From contig JBARBE010000047.1 in assembly GCA_049792735.1 (NCBI GenBank), forward strand, positions 57,359 through 121,358: a stretch of DNA of 64,000 nucleotides, written 5' to 3'. Source of the DNA: Candidatus Acidiferrum sp. Its GTDB lineage: Bacteria; Acidobacteriota; Terriglobia; Acidiferrales; UBA7541. The position numbers and the translations under genes were made by a program. Every line of letters starts with the position of its first letter. The stretch's first letter is position 1. The notes beneath the pieces are model-generated. The model was not told the origin of the DNA. It made no database searches and worked only from the letters and a program-made list of their open reading frames with translations. This document shows, one piece after another, positions 46,920 through 56,544 of this stretch.

Positions 46920-47078
46920 GGGGGTACCATCCTTCCATCTGAACTGACTTAAAATCGAGGCTGAACCTTGCTTACCGCTCAACCTCGAGAAGTGGTTGAG
47001 CGTTGGCTCATCGGAAGAAAAATCTCTTCGTACCAGATACTCAGCTGGAAATATGAATTCACAGGCGCGTCCAGCCGG

Positions 47079-47708
47079 TCAGTCTGGCAGGAATTCATCC
47101 ACCTTTGGATACACGCGGTGCGCGAAATCCACAGCGCGGGCTTCGGCGCTCGCTTCTCCATCAATTGCCGTGGTCCAGATGCGAATCATTGCGCCATCGC
47201 TTGCTTTGTGCTCCAACGCGTCGGCAATCAGCCAATACTTCGCCCAGTACTCGCTCGCGACGATCCGGCCATGGGACTGATACCAATACAGGACCATGTC
47301 CCGCCGCGTTCCCTGTGCCACCAGGTATTCGTTCACAACAACTGGAACGCCCCCCGCGTAACCGATCTGGGCGTGAGCCGAATGCACTGGCTCCCATCCG
47401 GCTCCTGGTAGGCAATTTTTGGGTGAGTGAATTCTTTCCCCTGAGCGTTGATCCTTGTAGTACCCGATGTAAAGTTCGACGGGATAATTGCCTCCGACAT
47501 ACGCTCGATTGATATAGTCATCTGCACCGATGGCCCGCACGACTTCCTTCTCGAACGGACGATCCTCGCCGCGGGATTGCCCAATGTCAGAAGGAAATTC
47601 ACGCAATGGCCGCTCGGTTCCGGTGACAGCTTTCGCTCTAAAGCTATGCGTCGCGATAATTCCTCCCACGAGAACCACCGCGGCGACTGAGACTCGCAGA
47701 GTGGTCAT
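47079..47708 (-). CDS. EpsI-family exosortase-associated protein
   Basis: 209 aa with one N-terminal transmembrane segment. Contains HSPKNCLPGAGW and MVLYWYQSHGR. It overlaps the exosortase stop by 4 nt. Confidence 0.8.
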   Translation of the reverse strand: MTTLRVSVAAVVLVGGIIATHSFRAKAVTGTERPLREFPSDIGQSRGEDRPFEKEVVRAIGADDYINRAYVGGNYPVELYIGYYKDQRSGERIHSPKNCLPGAGWEPVHSAHAQIGYAGGVPVVVNEYLVAQGTRRDMVLYWYQSHGRIVASEYWAKYWLIADALEHKASDGAMIRIWTTAIDGEASAEARAVDFAHRVYPKVDEFLPD

Positions 47709-48679
47709 GGCGACACTCGTTCGAGATTTTGATGTCCCGGGAATCGGCGAAGAGCTTTATGAACAAGCAGAATCGAGAGAAAAGCGAGGACGAAGAAACA
47801 CAGACCAAGTACCAGATGGATTGCGCCGGAATCAACAGCCGGCCCGAAGAAATAACTGAGCACACCCGTCGCCACGAGACGGAGCCCGTTCATGGCGATC
47901 GCAATGGGAATGCTCGCGGCCGCTAAGATGATGCGCTTCGGCGTGCTCGGCTCCGCTAAATATCCGTAAGCGGCAACCGCGGCCAGCAAAGACAGCAAAG
48001 ACCGGATCCCGCTGCATGCCTCCGCCACATTGAGCGTGCAATTCGGTAGATAGAGTAAATTCCCCTCTCTCACGGTATGAATCCCGAGCGCGACCAGACC
48101 CGCCGCACCCAAACGTGATGCCCACAACTGAAGAGGAAGCGTTAATTGGTAGTACAGGATTGCTGGCAACGGGATCATAAACAACAGATAGCCGATTGGA
48201 AATGACATCGACCGAAGCGCCTCACGGCCGGCGAGAAATAGGACGATGCCCGAGATCAAGATCACGAACGACAATCGCGCAATAAAGCGCTCAGCGCCGA
48301 GCATTCCGAGGATCCGCAGCCCAATGCCGAATAGTATGACCGCCAAACCGAAATTATCCGGGCGGAGCCGCAGGGCGCGCCACCGACTGCGCTCGCTCCA
48401 CAGTACATAACCCGCGAAGACCGGAACAAAAAACCCGTGCCCATAGTTCGGGTCGCTCCACCATTGTCTGACCAGCGATCCGAGTACGGGCGCATACAGG
48501 ATCAGCACCAAAGCCGATAACGACAACGCAGCAAACCATCTGACGGCCCGCGAGCTCTCTCCGGATAAATTGTCCGCCCAAGTTGTGTCGCCAAGTTTAG
48601 GCGAACCTCTCTCCAGACTCTTGGGGGACAGCACATTCTCATCAGCGCAAGGCGACAAGAGGCCTCTCATATTTGCCAT
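47705..48679 (-). CDS. Exosortase (EpsH/Xrt family transpeptidase)
   Basis: Polytopic. Contains DPNYGHGFFVP, the catalytic-Cys block VAEACSGIRSLLSL, and NGLRL. Confidence 0.85.
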   Translation of the reverse strand: MANMRGLLSPCADENVLSPKSLERGSPKLGDTTWADNLSGESSRAVRWFAALSLSALVLILYAPVLGSLVRQWWSDPNYGHGFFVPVFAGYVLWSERSRWRALRLRPDNFGLAVILFGIGLRILGMLGAERFIARLSFVILISGIVLFLAGREALRSMSFPIGYLLFMIPLPAILYYQLTLPLQLWASRLGAAGLVALGIHTVREGNLLYLPNCTLNVAEACSGIRSLLSLLAAVAAYGYLAEPSTPKRIILAAASIPIAIAMNGLRLVATGVLSYFFGPAVDSGAIHLVLGLCFFVLAFLSILLVHKALRRFPGHQNLERVSP

Positions 48680-48885
48680 ATGCGATAGTCAAGAAGCGGG
48701 AGTATTGAGTACGCGATCTTTCTCGATTTCATCCGAGGGACCAAAGCGATTCTAAGAGAAGTTTGTTTCCGGGAATTGCTGACGGCGTCTGTGAGATTTT
48801 TCCGCCGGCAACCACGCCGCAAGCGGCTACACGGGGAAGACTGAGATCCATAGATCGAAGAGGTGATGTTTCGAGAATCTCTGAG

Positions 48886-49815
48886 CTACTGCAGCTTTTT
48901 CGAGCCGTTTTCTCCGTACTTTCGGGCGCCATAATATTGCCCGTCATAGTCGATCTGATCGAAGTCTGAAGCTTCATTGACGACCACACCGATCAATCTC
49001 GGGCGGTCGAGGGACTGCAAACCCTTTTTCAACGCCTTGAGCGGGGCAACGCCCTCCCGGACAACCAACAGCGTGCCGTCTACCAATCGAGACCAAAGAT
49101 TGGCATCGATGACCGGCAACATGGGTGTGGAATCTACAACGATCCATTCGAATTGACCCTTCAGTTGTGCAAAGCCTTCCGCGAGTTGCGCCGAACGCAG
49201 GATCTCCGAGGGCCGATCGCAGGCCTTCCCTGCTGGAAGAAACCACAAGCCCGTGCCAGTAAATCGAAGCATGTACCGCGCGAGGTCCTGACTTCGGGCC
49301 GTCCACCAGTCGCTTAGCCCTTGCAAATCTTTCAGGCCAAACATGGATGCCAACGTCGGCCGGTGCAAGTCTCCCTCGATCAGAAGCGTCTTGGTTCCGG
49401 AATACTTGGCCAGCGTCGTCGCTAGGTTCGCGGCCACAAATGACTTGCCCTCGTTGATCACGCTACTGGTTACTTGCAAAGATTTCAGTTCGTGTTGCCT
49501 GCGTATGTCGTCTAGCCGGACGGCAAGGGCGCGAAATTTCTCTGCGCCCAGGCTGTTGGGTTCGTTCCACGCAACTAAACGCGAGCTCGGTGGCGGTTGC
49601 ACCATTACCGACCGAGTCTGATCGCTCTTGACCGCCGTGTGAATCTCAACCGCCCCTCTGGAATGCGCATCCTCCGGCATCGCATTGTCCGGCGCTTCAC
49701 CTGTTGCCGCGGGCTCAGGTAAGACCAGTTCAACGGGAACCATGTGCCGCGCCGCGGTATCTTGCTGGCTTTGTCGAACTGTTGCTCTGCTGAATCCTTC
49801 AAATAACTGGCTCAT
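48886..49815 (-). CDS. CpsD/CapB-type tyrosine autokinase (P-loop ATPase) of the EPS export machinery
   Basis: Walker A-like VTSSVINEGKS, then LLIEGDLHRP and VVDSTP. The C-terminus has a Tyr cluster (DYDGQYYGARKYG). Confidence 0.8.
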   Translation of the reverse strand: MSQLFEGFSRATVRQSQQDTAARHMVPVELVLPEPAATGEAPDNAMPEDAHSRGAVEIHTAVKSDQTRSVMVQPPPSSRLVAWNEPNSLGAEKFRALAVRLDDIRRQHELKSLQVTSSVINEGKSFVAANLATTLAKYSGTKTLLIEGDLHRPTLASMFGLKDLQGLSDWWTARSQDLARYMLRFTGTGLWFLPAGKACDRPSEILRSAQLAEGFAQLKGQFEWIVVDSTPMLPVIDANLWSRLVDGTLLVVREGVAPLKALKKGLQSLDRPRLIGVVVNEASDFDQIDYDGQYYGARKYGENGSKKLQ

Positions 49816-49944
49816 TGGTTTCCATTCCTGACTCTGAGTTGCCCCTCCCCAACAAAAGCCCGAATTCGTGCCCCAGAATCCATCTCGGACGTCTACAAGG
49901 AAAGGGTTTGCATCAACGCCATAACTCTTCTTCCATACCGTCGC

Positions 49945-51582
49945 TCAACCGTTGTAATACGTGTAAAGGTTTCCCGTGAAAATCAATAAAGCCACTACCA
50001 CCGCCGCTCCATACTCCAGATAGCGCACCACAACGCGGTAATGGTCTTCTTTGGGCGTGCTCAAACGGGGGATACCCACCAGCATACGAGCAGGAAGAAT
50101 CCCTTCCAGATCTTTCTCCTGTCGAAAACGCACGTCGGTTAATTCAAGAAGTGTGGCGATACCCAGACCGAGCCCGGTCCCCAGCGCCAAGCCGACGACA
50201 CTGATCAGGAAACGATTTGGGGCCGAAGGCTTATCGGGCAACTTTGACGGATCGATGATGTGGAACTGCTGACCCTGCTGCTCCTGTCCGAGGCTCGTCG
50301 CGAGCTGTGACTGCGTTTGTTTCTGGAGCAGCGAGTTGTAATTGAACTTGGCTTCGTCATAGCCACGAGAGACGACGCTAAGCGCCTGCTCTGTTTCAGG
50401 AGTCTGATTGAGCCGAGCTTGATAGATAGCCGTCTGTGATTCAAGGTCCTTCACGTGTTGTTGCTCGTTCTGAATCTCTAATTGATTGGCCTTAAGCTGG
50501 CTCTGCAGCTGCATGACCGCTGTGGGCGTACCGTTCTGCATCCCATCCGCCGCGGAGAAGTCAATGGCTTTTCTTGGCTTGCCGCCTTGCTGTTGAGAAG
50601 CGATTTGAGCGTCGTTCCTCTTTTTCAGTGCCTCGGCTTTGGCGATTTCGTCTTTAAGCGCCTCGATGTCTGGATGGCCGTCCGTATACCGAGTCCGCAA
50701 GTTCTGGAGTTGCAGGCGCAAATTTTGTAGCTCCTTGTCAATCGCTTGCGTCGATATTGCGTTTGAGTCTTCACCCAGGCTTGCCTGCGCCGATTGATAC
50801 TGCTGCAGCATGGATTCCAAATAGATTTTCTGTTGCTTCGAAGTGTCCAGCGCGTGCAGAGTGCTCGCCAACTCTGCTTGCAAGCCTGCCAGGATTTGGA
50901 CGTTGCTTTGCAACTGTCCCGGCAAGGTTCCAACATGCTGCGCCTTGAACGCCGATACTGCGGCTTCCTGTACCTCCATTTTAGCTTGCGCATCCGCCAA
51001 CTCACTGTCTAGGAATGCTGTCGTGTTCTCAGAAAGTTGTCGCTGCGCCCTGACATTTTCCTTGATAAACAGAGACGTGAGATCACCGTCCACCTGTCGT
51101 GCGAGCTCCGGCGTATCCGCGGAATAGAGAATCTTAAACGTGAAGAACTCTCCCCGGTATCCGGGCGTCCCCACGAGCTCTATCTTGATGTCATCCCGCA
51201 TTTGTTCGACTGGATCCTTGGGTTTGAAAAAACCGCTAAATCGGGGCGGCGTTGAATAAAGCTTGAAGCGATCTATGATCGCCTGCAGGCTCGCGTGGCC
51301 CAAAACCTGTTGTGTTGTGCTCTGTAACAGATTTTGCAGATTCACGCTGACGTTCTCCATGACGTACTGGTCCGAAACTTTCTCCTGTTCCGCGGAAATC
51401 AGGGCACCGGACGTATACGTGGTCGGCAAGAACCAGCTCACTCCCCATATCGCCAGCCAGACCAAAAACATGGGGAGCACTATCCACCAGCGCCGCCGAA
51501 CTGCGATGTCGATATACTCTTCCCAGCCGCGCGGACCCCGCTCCTCCGGTTTGCCAGTCATCGTTAGCCTCTCTATAAACAT
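49945..51582 (-). CDS. Wzz/GumC-like polysaccharide chain-length determinant
   Basis: The ATG at 51582 follows GGAAGAGA. There is an N-terminal transmembrane segment (RRRWWIVLPMFLVWLAIWG), a long coiled-coil periplasmic region and a C-terminal transmembrane segment. The track's longer version overlaps the upstream gene. Confidence 0.8.
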   Translation of the reverse strand: MFIERLTMTGKPEERGPRGWEEYIDIAVRRRWWIVLPMFLVWLAIWGVSWFLPTTYTSGALISAEQEKVSDQYVMENVSVNLQNLLQSTTQQVLGHASLQAIIDRFKLYSTPPRFSGFFKPKDPVEQMRDDIKIELVGTPGYRGEFFTFKILYSADTPELARQVDGDLTSLFIKENVRAQRQLSENTTAFLDSELADAQAKMEVQEAAVSAFKAQHVGTLPGQLQSNVQILAGLQAELASTLHALDTSKQQKIYLESMLQQYQSAQASLGEDSNAISTQAIDKELQNLRLQLQNLRTRYTDGHPDIEALKDEIAKAEALKKRNDAQIASQQQGGKPRKAIDFSAADGMQNGTPTAVMQLQSQLKANQLEIQNEQQHVKDLESQTAIYQARLNQTPETEQALSVVSRGYDEAKFNYNSLLQKQTQSQLATSLGQEQQGQQFHIIDPSKLPDKPSAPNRFLISVVGLALGTGLGLGIATLLELTDVRFRQEKDLEGILPARMLVGIPRLSTPKEDHYRVVVRYLEYGAAVVVALLIFTGNLYTYYNG

Positions 51583-51727
51583 GTTGTCTCTTCCAATGGG
51601 ACAAGAACCCTGCCGTTCCGCTGGCTCAAGCTTTTCGTTCAACAGTCCGGGATCGCGGCCTGCCAAAACGTGGAGCAAGATGCCCGGCTCAACGGTTTGC
51701 GTTTGATCGTCGTGCCTTTCGCTCCGG

Positions 51728-53161
51728 CTATCGCAGTGAGATCGGTCGCAACCCAAAATTAAAACCGACAGAAAACTGATGGGCAACGCCGCTGGTCCCG
51801 CAACTTGGGCTGCTGCAAGCTGCGGAATTGATGGCCTGCAATTCCGCTTCGTAGCTCACAAAAAAAGAGGTCCCCGGTCGAAATTGATGATCGGCTCGAA
51901 CCACGGCATACCAGGAGTTGTAATCTTCCTTTGCGAGGATGGCGCTGGGCGGTACAAGGCTCTCATTGCTTGCGTAGCCCAGCGACACCGAACCTTGCCA
52001 CTTGGCACTCAGTTTCCGCTGCATCGTCGCCTGTACCTGGCCAGTCTGCGCTCCGACTAGCACCCCGCTCCCTCCGGTCACGAGGCGATCATAGCTAATC
52101 AGCAAACTTGTTCGATCCATTCGATAATTCAGTGAGCCATCCAATGCCCAGGAAACCTGATTTGTGTAGCCCGTGAGTGGCCCACGGAGCATGATCACGC
52201 TCGGACCTGCGGCCACATGCCAACTCAGTTTTCCGGTCACATCGCGCCCGTAGCCAAGCTCCACCACCTGATTCTCGATTCCCTGGGTAAGATATGGATA
52301 CCGGAAGTCATCAAACCGGTAAATTACCGCGATTGTGCTCAGCGGACTAACTGAGTAGTTGTAACCTGTTTGAAAGAGCGTTTCAGCGCTGTTGATATAA
52401 TGTGCACCCAGGAAATCCAGCGTCGCGTAGGAGCCGGCTGCGGTCCAGGAAGAACGCGGGCTGACCTTGTATTCTATTTGCGAGACTGCTGTGTTACTCA
52501 ATCGCGGAACCATAATCGTCGGAATTGTCTGGTTGGGGCCCAGGATCGAACTCAGCAAGCCGCCGGGACCGAACGGGGAGTCGGCGCTGAGAAGATCCAG
52601 GGCTCCGATGCCTCCAAATCCGAATGGAGATTCCGAGAGAAAGCTGACGTCATCGCCCACCAGCAACGACCAGCGTTGCCATCTCAAGCTGTAAGTGAAT
52701 TCCAGTTCTTGGACAGCCGAGTTCAGATAGGTCGATAACATTGCCCCGCCCGTATAGTGCAGAAGTAGGTCGGAGCGCTCTGACGCGCGGTTCAAATCCA
52801 ATGTAGCCAACAGATAGTTGAAATTTGTCGGCTCAGAAAAACCTGACTCGGAAGAACCAATGGCCATCTGCGACAGTGCGCTGAAACTCGGTACTAGGAA
52901 GTTGCCAGCGCCCAAATTCGGTCCCATTCCCCGTCCCTGCACACCGCTCAAAGGCCGGTCGTCAGGTCCCGTTTGAACTGCTCCGCCTGTGCCCAGCGCC
53001 AACGGGCTGGTGCTCCCGGCCGGCAACGGTGGTGTATATGGTGCGACTGGTTGTTCGCCCGTCTCGGGATTGGCCGGATTGGTTCCTTGAGCCTGGACCA
53101 AGGGCGCACATGAAATCACCGCGAGGAGCGCCCAACTCTGAATACGAATCAATTTCGACAT
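51728..53161 (-). CDS. Outer-membrane beta-barrel protein associated with PEP-CTERM/EPS loci
   Basis: Has a signal peptide (ALLAVISCAPLVQAQG). Alternating-hydrophobic strands run throughout, and there is an aromatic-rich C-terminal strand (HQFSVGFNFGL). Confidence 0.7.
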   Translation of the reverse strand: MSKLIRIQSWALLAVISCAPLVQAQGTNPANPETGEQPVAPYTPPLPAGSTSPLALGTGGAVQTGPDDRPLSGVQGRGMGPNLGAGNFLVPSFSALSQMAIGSSESGFSEPTNFNYLLATLDLNRASERSDLLLHYTGGAMLSTYLNSAVQELEFTYSLRWQRWSLLVGDDVSFLSESPFGFGGIGALDLLSADSPFGPGGLLSSILGPNQTIPTIMVPRLSNTAVSQIEYKVSPRSSWTAAGSYATLDFLGAHYINSAETLFQTGYNYSVSPLSTIAVIYRFDDFRYPYLTQGIENQVVELGYGRDVTGKLSWHVAAGPSVIMLRGPLTGYTNQVSWALDGSLNYRMDRTSLLISYDRLVTGGSGVLVGAQTGQVQATMQRKLSAKWQGSVSLGYASNESLVPPSAILAKEDYNSWYAVVRADHQFRPGTSFFVSYEAELQAINSAACSSPSCGTSGVAHQFSVGFNFGLRPISLR

Positions 53162-53169
53162 TTTCTTTC

Positions 53170-53892
53170 CTACGGCACCACGATCGTGTCGCCAGGTTTC
53201 AAACGGATATTTTCTTCCATCTTCCGCCCGTGGATTACTTCCTTGTAATTCATTGGAAATATTTTGTCTTGGCCGTTTTCACTGCGCATGACGTAGATCT
53301 TCGTCAACTTGGCGTATGGAGTGAACCCTCCCGCGACCGAAAGGGCCTGCATTGCCGTCATCTCCGGGACTAGCGGATAGGCACCCCCGCGATTGACTTG
53401 GCCGAGAATGTATATCCGCAGGCTGCTCGTCTGGGTGACGATCACGGTCACCAGCGGATGCACGATCGTGGCACGTAACTTTTCCACGATTTCGGAACTG
53501 AGCTGCGTGGGAGTCAGTCCTGCGGCCTGGACGTCGTTCAGCAAAGGAAGAGAAATCTTGCCATCTCTGCGCACCGGCACGGTGCGAGAGATCTCTGGTT
53601 CCTTCCACACGTCGACGGTGAGCACGTCGTCGGGAGCAATCGAGTAGTTGGGATCATCCGTGGCGGCCTTGGGTGGCTGCGAGCCAGTATTTCCCGCGGT
53701 CAGGACTGCTGCGCTCTCGCTCTTAATGTCCTTTCGTGCCTGCCCCTGACTTGGCTCGCAAACCGAAAACGACACTAGCCATATCAAGGCGGTTACGCAC
53801 ACCCACTTTCTCATGGCACCCTCGCTTGTAAGCTTCGCTTCCGTTTGGAGTCCTGCATTCCAATCTGCTTTTTTTGAATTTGGCATTCCCAT
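53170..53892 (-). CDS. Polysaccharide export protein (Wza/EpsE-like, Poly_export + SLBB)
   Basis: Contains YSIAPDDVLTVDVWKEPEISRTVPVRRDGKISLPLLNDVQAAGLTPTQL. The likely start is further in, at MRKWVCVT (53814). Confidence 0.85.
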   Translation of the reverse strand: MGMPNSKKADWNAGLQTEAKLTSEGAMRKWVCVTALIWLVSFSVCEPSQGQARKDIKSESAAVLTAGNTGSQPPKAATDDPNYSIAPDDVLTVDVWKEPEISRTVPVRRDGKISLPLLNDVQAAGLTPTQLSSEIVEKLRATIVHPLVTVIVTQTSSLRIYILGQVNRGGAYPLVPEMTAMQALSVAGGFTPYAKLTKIYVMRSENGQDKIFPMNYKEVIHGRKMEENIRLKPGDTIVVP

Positions 53893-53926
53893 TTCCCCGA
53901 TTTGCGCCAGTCGCCCACGGTCTCGA

Positions 53927-54538
53927 CTAAGCTAAGGCAGTGGCTTCATCGCGCATGTACCGCGGCCTGGCTGAAGTCCCGTTGCTGGAATCTCTCAGCC
54001 GCGGGCCGTTCACTTCCTCAATCTGGGACGCTGCAACTTCAATCGCCGCCGCCGTCCCCAATATCTCCACCGATAGCACCAGCCGAAAAATGTTCTTCTT
54101 TCGGACCAAGATCCCTTCGATTCCCGTCAATGGGCCGCTCTTGACTCTCACCCAGTTCCCGCACTTAAGGTAAGGGTGCGCTTCCACGCGCGTGCCGCTT
54201 TCGACCACTCTTCGAATTCCTTCGATTTCGATTTCCGGAATTGCTGCTGGCTGGCCCGCACTGGACACCAGCCCATATATTCCCGGCGTTGTGAGAATCT
54301 GAAGTCGGCGTTCAATCCCGCCTTTCAGAAACACGTAACACGGAAAAAGGGGCAGAGTAAGTGACTTAGTCCGGTCCTTCCAGTTATGAGTAGTTGCGTA
54401 AAGCGGAAGAAATGTGCTAAACCCCTTGTTCGTTAGAACCTGATCCACCATTTTTTCATGCTGATGGCGAGTGTAGAGCGCATACCAGGACGAATCAGAA
54501 ACACTATTCTCGGTCGCAGCCATTGACTCAGTAAGCAT
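53927..54538 (-). CDS. NusG-family (UpxY/RfaH-like) operon-specific transcription antiterminator
   Basis: The NGN domain reads WYALYTRHQHEKMVDQVL...LPLFPCYVFLKG. The KOW motif reads GNWVRVKSGPLTGIEGILV. It is the first gene of the 26-kb EPS operon. Confidence 0.85.
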   Translation of the reverse strand: MLTESMAATENSVSDSSWYALYTRHQHEKMVDQVLTNKGFSTFLPLYATTHNWKDRTKSLTLPLFPCYVFLKGGIERRLQILTTPGIYGLVSSAGQPAAIPEIEIEGIRRVVESGTRVEAHPYLKCGNWVRVKSGPLTGIEGILVRKKNIFRLVLSVEILGTAAAIEVAASQIEEVNGPRLRDSSNGTSARPRYMRDEATALA

Positions 54539-54653
54539 AGAGCTCCGCCCTGTGACTTACAGTCTGTAATCCTGTAAGTCCTCAACAACCTTCAGCTTGC
54601 GGCCGGTTTCACCTGCAAAACCATTACCCTGCCAAAACCCGTCCGCAATTTTC

Positions 54654-54674
54654 TTGGCACATTCACGTTGCCAA
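54654..54674. promoter_or_regulatory. Perfect 6-N9-6 palindrome TTGGCA-N9-TGCCAA in the leader/promoter region of the EPS operon
   Basis: ttggcacattcacgttgccaa lies 116-136 nt upstream of the NusG-like start. Whether it is an operator or a promoter element is not established. Confidence 0.25.
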
Positions 54675-54718
54675 ATTCCTTGGGAGATCGGTCCTCAATT
54701 TCATTCCGGACGATCTCT

Positions 54719-55108
54719 TCAATATTGAACTGCAAAGCCACCCGTCAGCATTCCCCGCTCAGCAGGGCACTGCTCGGCCCGAAGGACTTCGCCCTCGACT
54801 TCAACCGGAAGTCGGCCAATCTCATCGGGAATTCCTTCAAGATCTATCTTGAGTATGACGCTCGCACCTACGGGCGGGCACGTTGACGCAAAAACAAACG
54901 CGCCATGCTCGCTTACGTCGCGGCTACGGCCTTCTCCCTCTCGCGCCTCCCCGTTCCCATTCGTCCACCAGAACGTGACTGCCGTTTGCAGCAGGAACCG
55001 GAGCGTCTTTCTCGCTGGCCGCACAAGAGTCAACAAAGCACCCCCATCCAATCTCTCTAGTTGCACACTAGCGATTCCATCGCGAACCAACAAGAGAACG
55101 AAAGTCAT
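54719..55108 (-). CDS. PilZ-domain protein (putative c-di-GMP receptor)
   Basis: The RKTLR (RxxxR) and DVSEHG (DxSxxG) motifs have canonical spacing. The ATG at 55108 has GAGGAA 8 nt upstream. Confidence 0.6.
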   Translation of the reverse strand: MTFVLLLVRDGIASVQLERLDGGALLTLVRPARKTLRFLLQTAVTFWWTNGNGEAREGEGRSRDVSEHGAFVFASTCPPVGASVILKIDLEGIPDEIGRLPVEVEGEVLRAEQCPAERGMLTGGFAVQY

Positions 55109-55444
55109 CGAGGAATTCCTCGCAACGTCTTGAGACGTCGGCCGGCATTTTAGGTACAAAAGTACTTTGTTCTCTTTTGCACACCGCCGCACTCGAAGTG
55201 GCCAATGCGTTCTCCTCGTTGCATGTGGATGGGTTCATCGACGAATCGTCGAGTCGTGCAGACCCTGTGGAGATCGTTGCTCGGCTTATTTGAGAGCATG
55301 AGCAGTTGAAGGAACGAATGGAAATGCCCGGCTCGACAATTCCGCTTCTGTCGCAACCTTGAGGCCTTGGCAACATTTCGTTCTCGTGATCGCTCAGAAA
55401 TGGTGGGAAAAAATAAACGAGGTTCGCTTCGCAGAACGGATCGA

Positions 55445-56203
55445 TCAAGCTCGCCTTGAGGCAACAGCTAGATTCGATCCTGTATCCGGCTCATCCACGC
55501 CAGCCGTTGCATTCTGTTGACCATGGCCGTCTCGCCGGTCGATCGCGTAAAGCGCCAACTCAAGCCGATTCGAAGTTCCTACTTTGTTGAAGATCCTGAA
55601 CAAATAGTTCCGAACGGTGTGTTCGCTCAGCTTCAGCTCTTGCGAAATGTCACGATTGGTCATGCCTTCGGCTACCAGATGCACGACGCCTTCTTCCCTC
55701 TTGGTTAGCAGTCCCGCCGCTCTCAGCGAAATTGCCTTAGCTAACGGAGCCGGACCGAGCGCTTCGAGGACGAAGTGCAATTCCTTGCTGCTTGCCCACA
55801 CTTGTCCTTTGTGTACCGCGTGGATGCATTTGCACAGCAACTCCGACGATTGATCTCGTGAGAAAATGCCACTCGCTCCAGCTCGAAACGCTTCGACCAC
55901 CATCGCAGGTTTGTTCGAGTCGAGGATCATGATGACGCTGGGTTTGGAGGGCGATGCCACTATCTCTCGCGTCACTTGGAAGCCCGCCAGGTCTTCGTTT
56001 TCTAGCCGGGCGCCAATCACTGCAACGTCTGCATTGTTCTTTTCAAGACCTTCGCGTATTCCTAGCGCGTCCGTCGCATATCCAACAACCCTTGTTTTAT
56101 ACCGGCCACGTCGCACCGCCGCCGCGATTAGTTGGCAGCTCAGTTGACTGCCATCGGCGATAAAAACCTTTACCGTACCCGCGCGTCCTGCGAGTTTCGA
56201 CAA
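55445..56203 (-). CDS. LuxR/FixJ-type regulator with atypical (pseudo-)receiver domain (EpsA-like)
   Basis: The C-terminal HTH reads LTKREEGVVHLVAEGMTNRDISQELKLSEHTVRNYLFRIFNKVG. The receiver fold is present, but the acidic pair reads DG and the phospho-acceptor position reads G (DVAVIGARL). Confidence 0.85.
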   Translation of the reverse strand: MSKLAGRAGTVKVFIADGSQLSCQLIAAAVRRGRYKTRVVGYATDALGIREGLEKNNADVAVIGARLENEDLAGFQVTREIVASPSKPSVIMILDSNKPAMVVEAFRAGASGIFSRDQSSELLCKCIHAVHKGQVWASSKELHFVLEALGPAPLAKAISLRAAGLLTKREEGVVHLVAEGMTNRDISQELKLSEHTVRNYLFRIFNKVGTSNRLELALYAIDRRDGHGQQNATAGVDEPDTGSNLAVASRRA

Positions 56204-56544
56204 CTTTTCGCTCCTGCGAGTTATCCTCGCGGTCCCAAGATTCCCATCCAGGTAGACTCTGTTGAAAAATATAAGCCTACCCGTAGGTTCTGCTCACCGT
56301 GCAGTACCACATTATTGGTACCTTCAGAAGTGTGCGCTGTCCCGTTTTATACAATCGTTTTTGGTGTTCTGTTTTGTACATCCGCGATGGAGTTTCTTCA
56401 GACGGAATGAATATGCCTGGATCGGCTCCCCATTGAGATCAAACAACGAAGAAGTTCAAGCGCGATTCGGAACACTGATGGCCCGCGCCGATTCTGATGA
56501 GGAGGCTGTTCTTTCGAGTAGATAGCCAATCCGCAGGTCGACCG

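Noticed and set aside
51583-51786. N-terminal extension of the chain-length determinant ORF.
   Set aside because: It overlaps the end of the upstream beta-barrel gene. The ATG at 51582 has a good Shine-Dalgarno sequence and gives the expected short cytoplasmic N-terminus before TM1.
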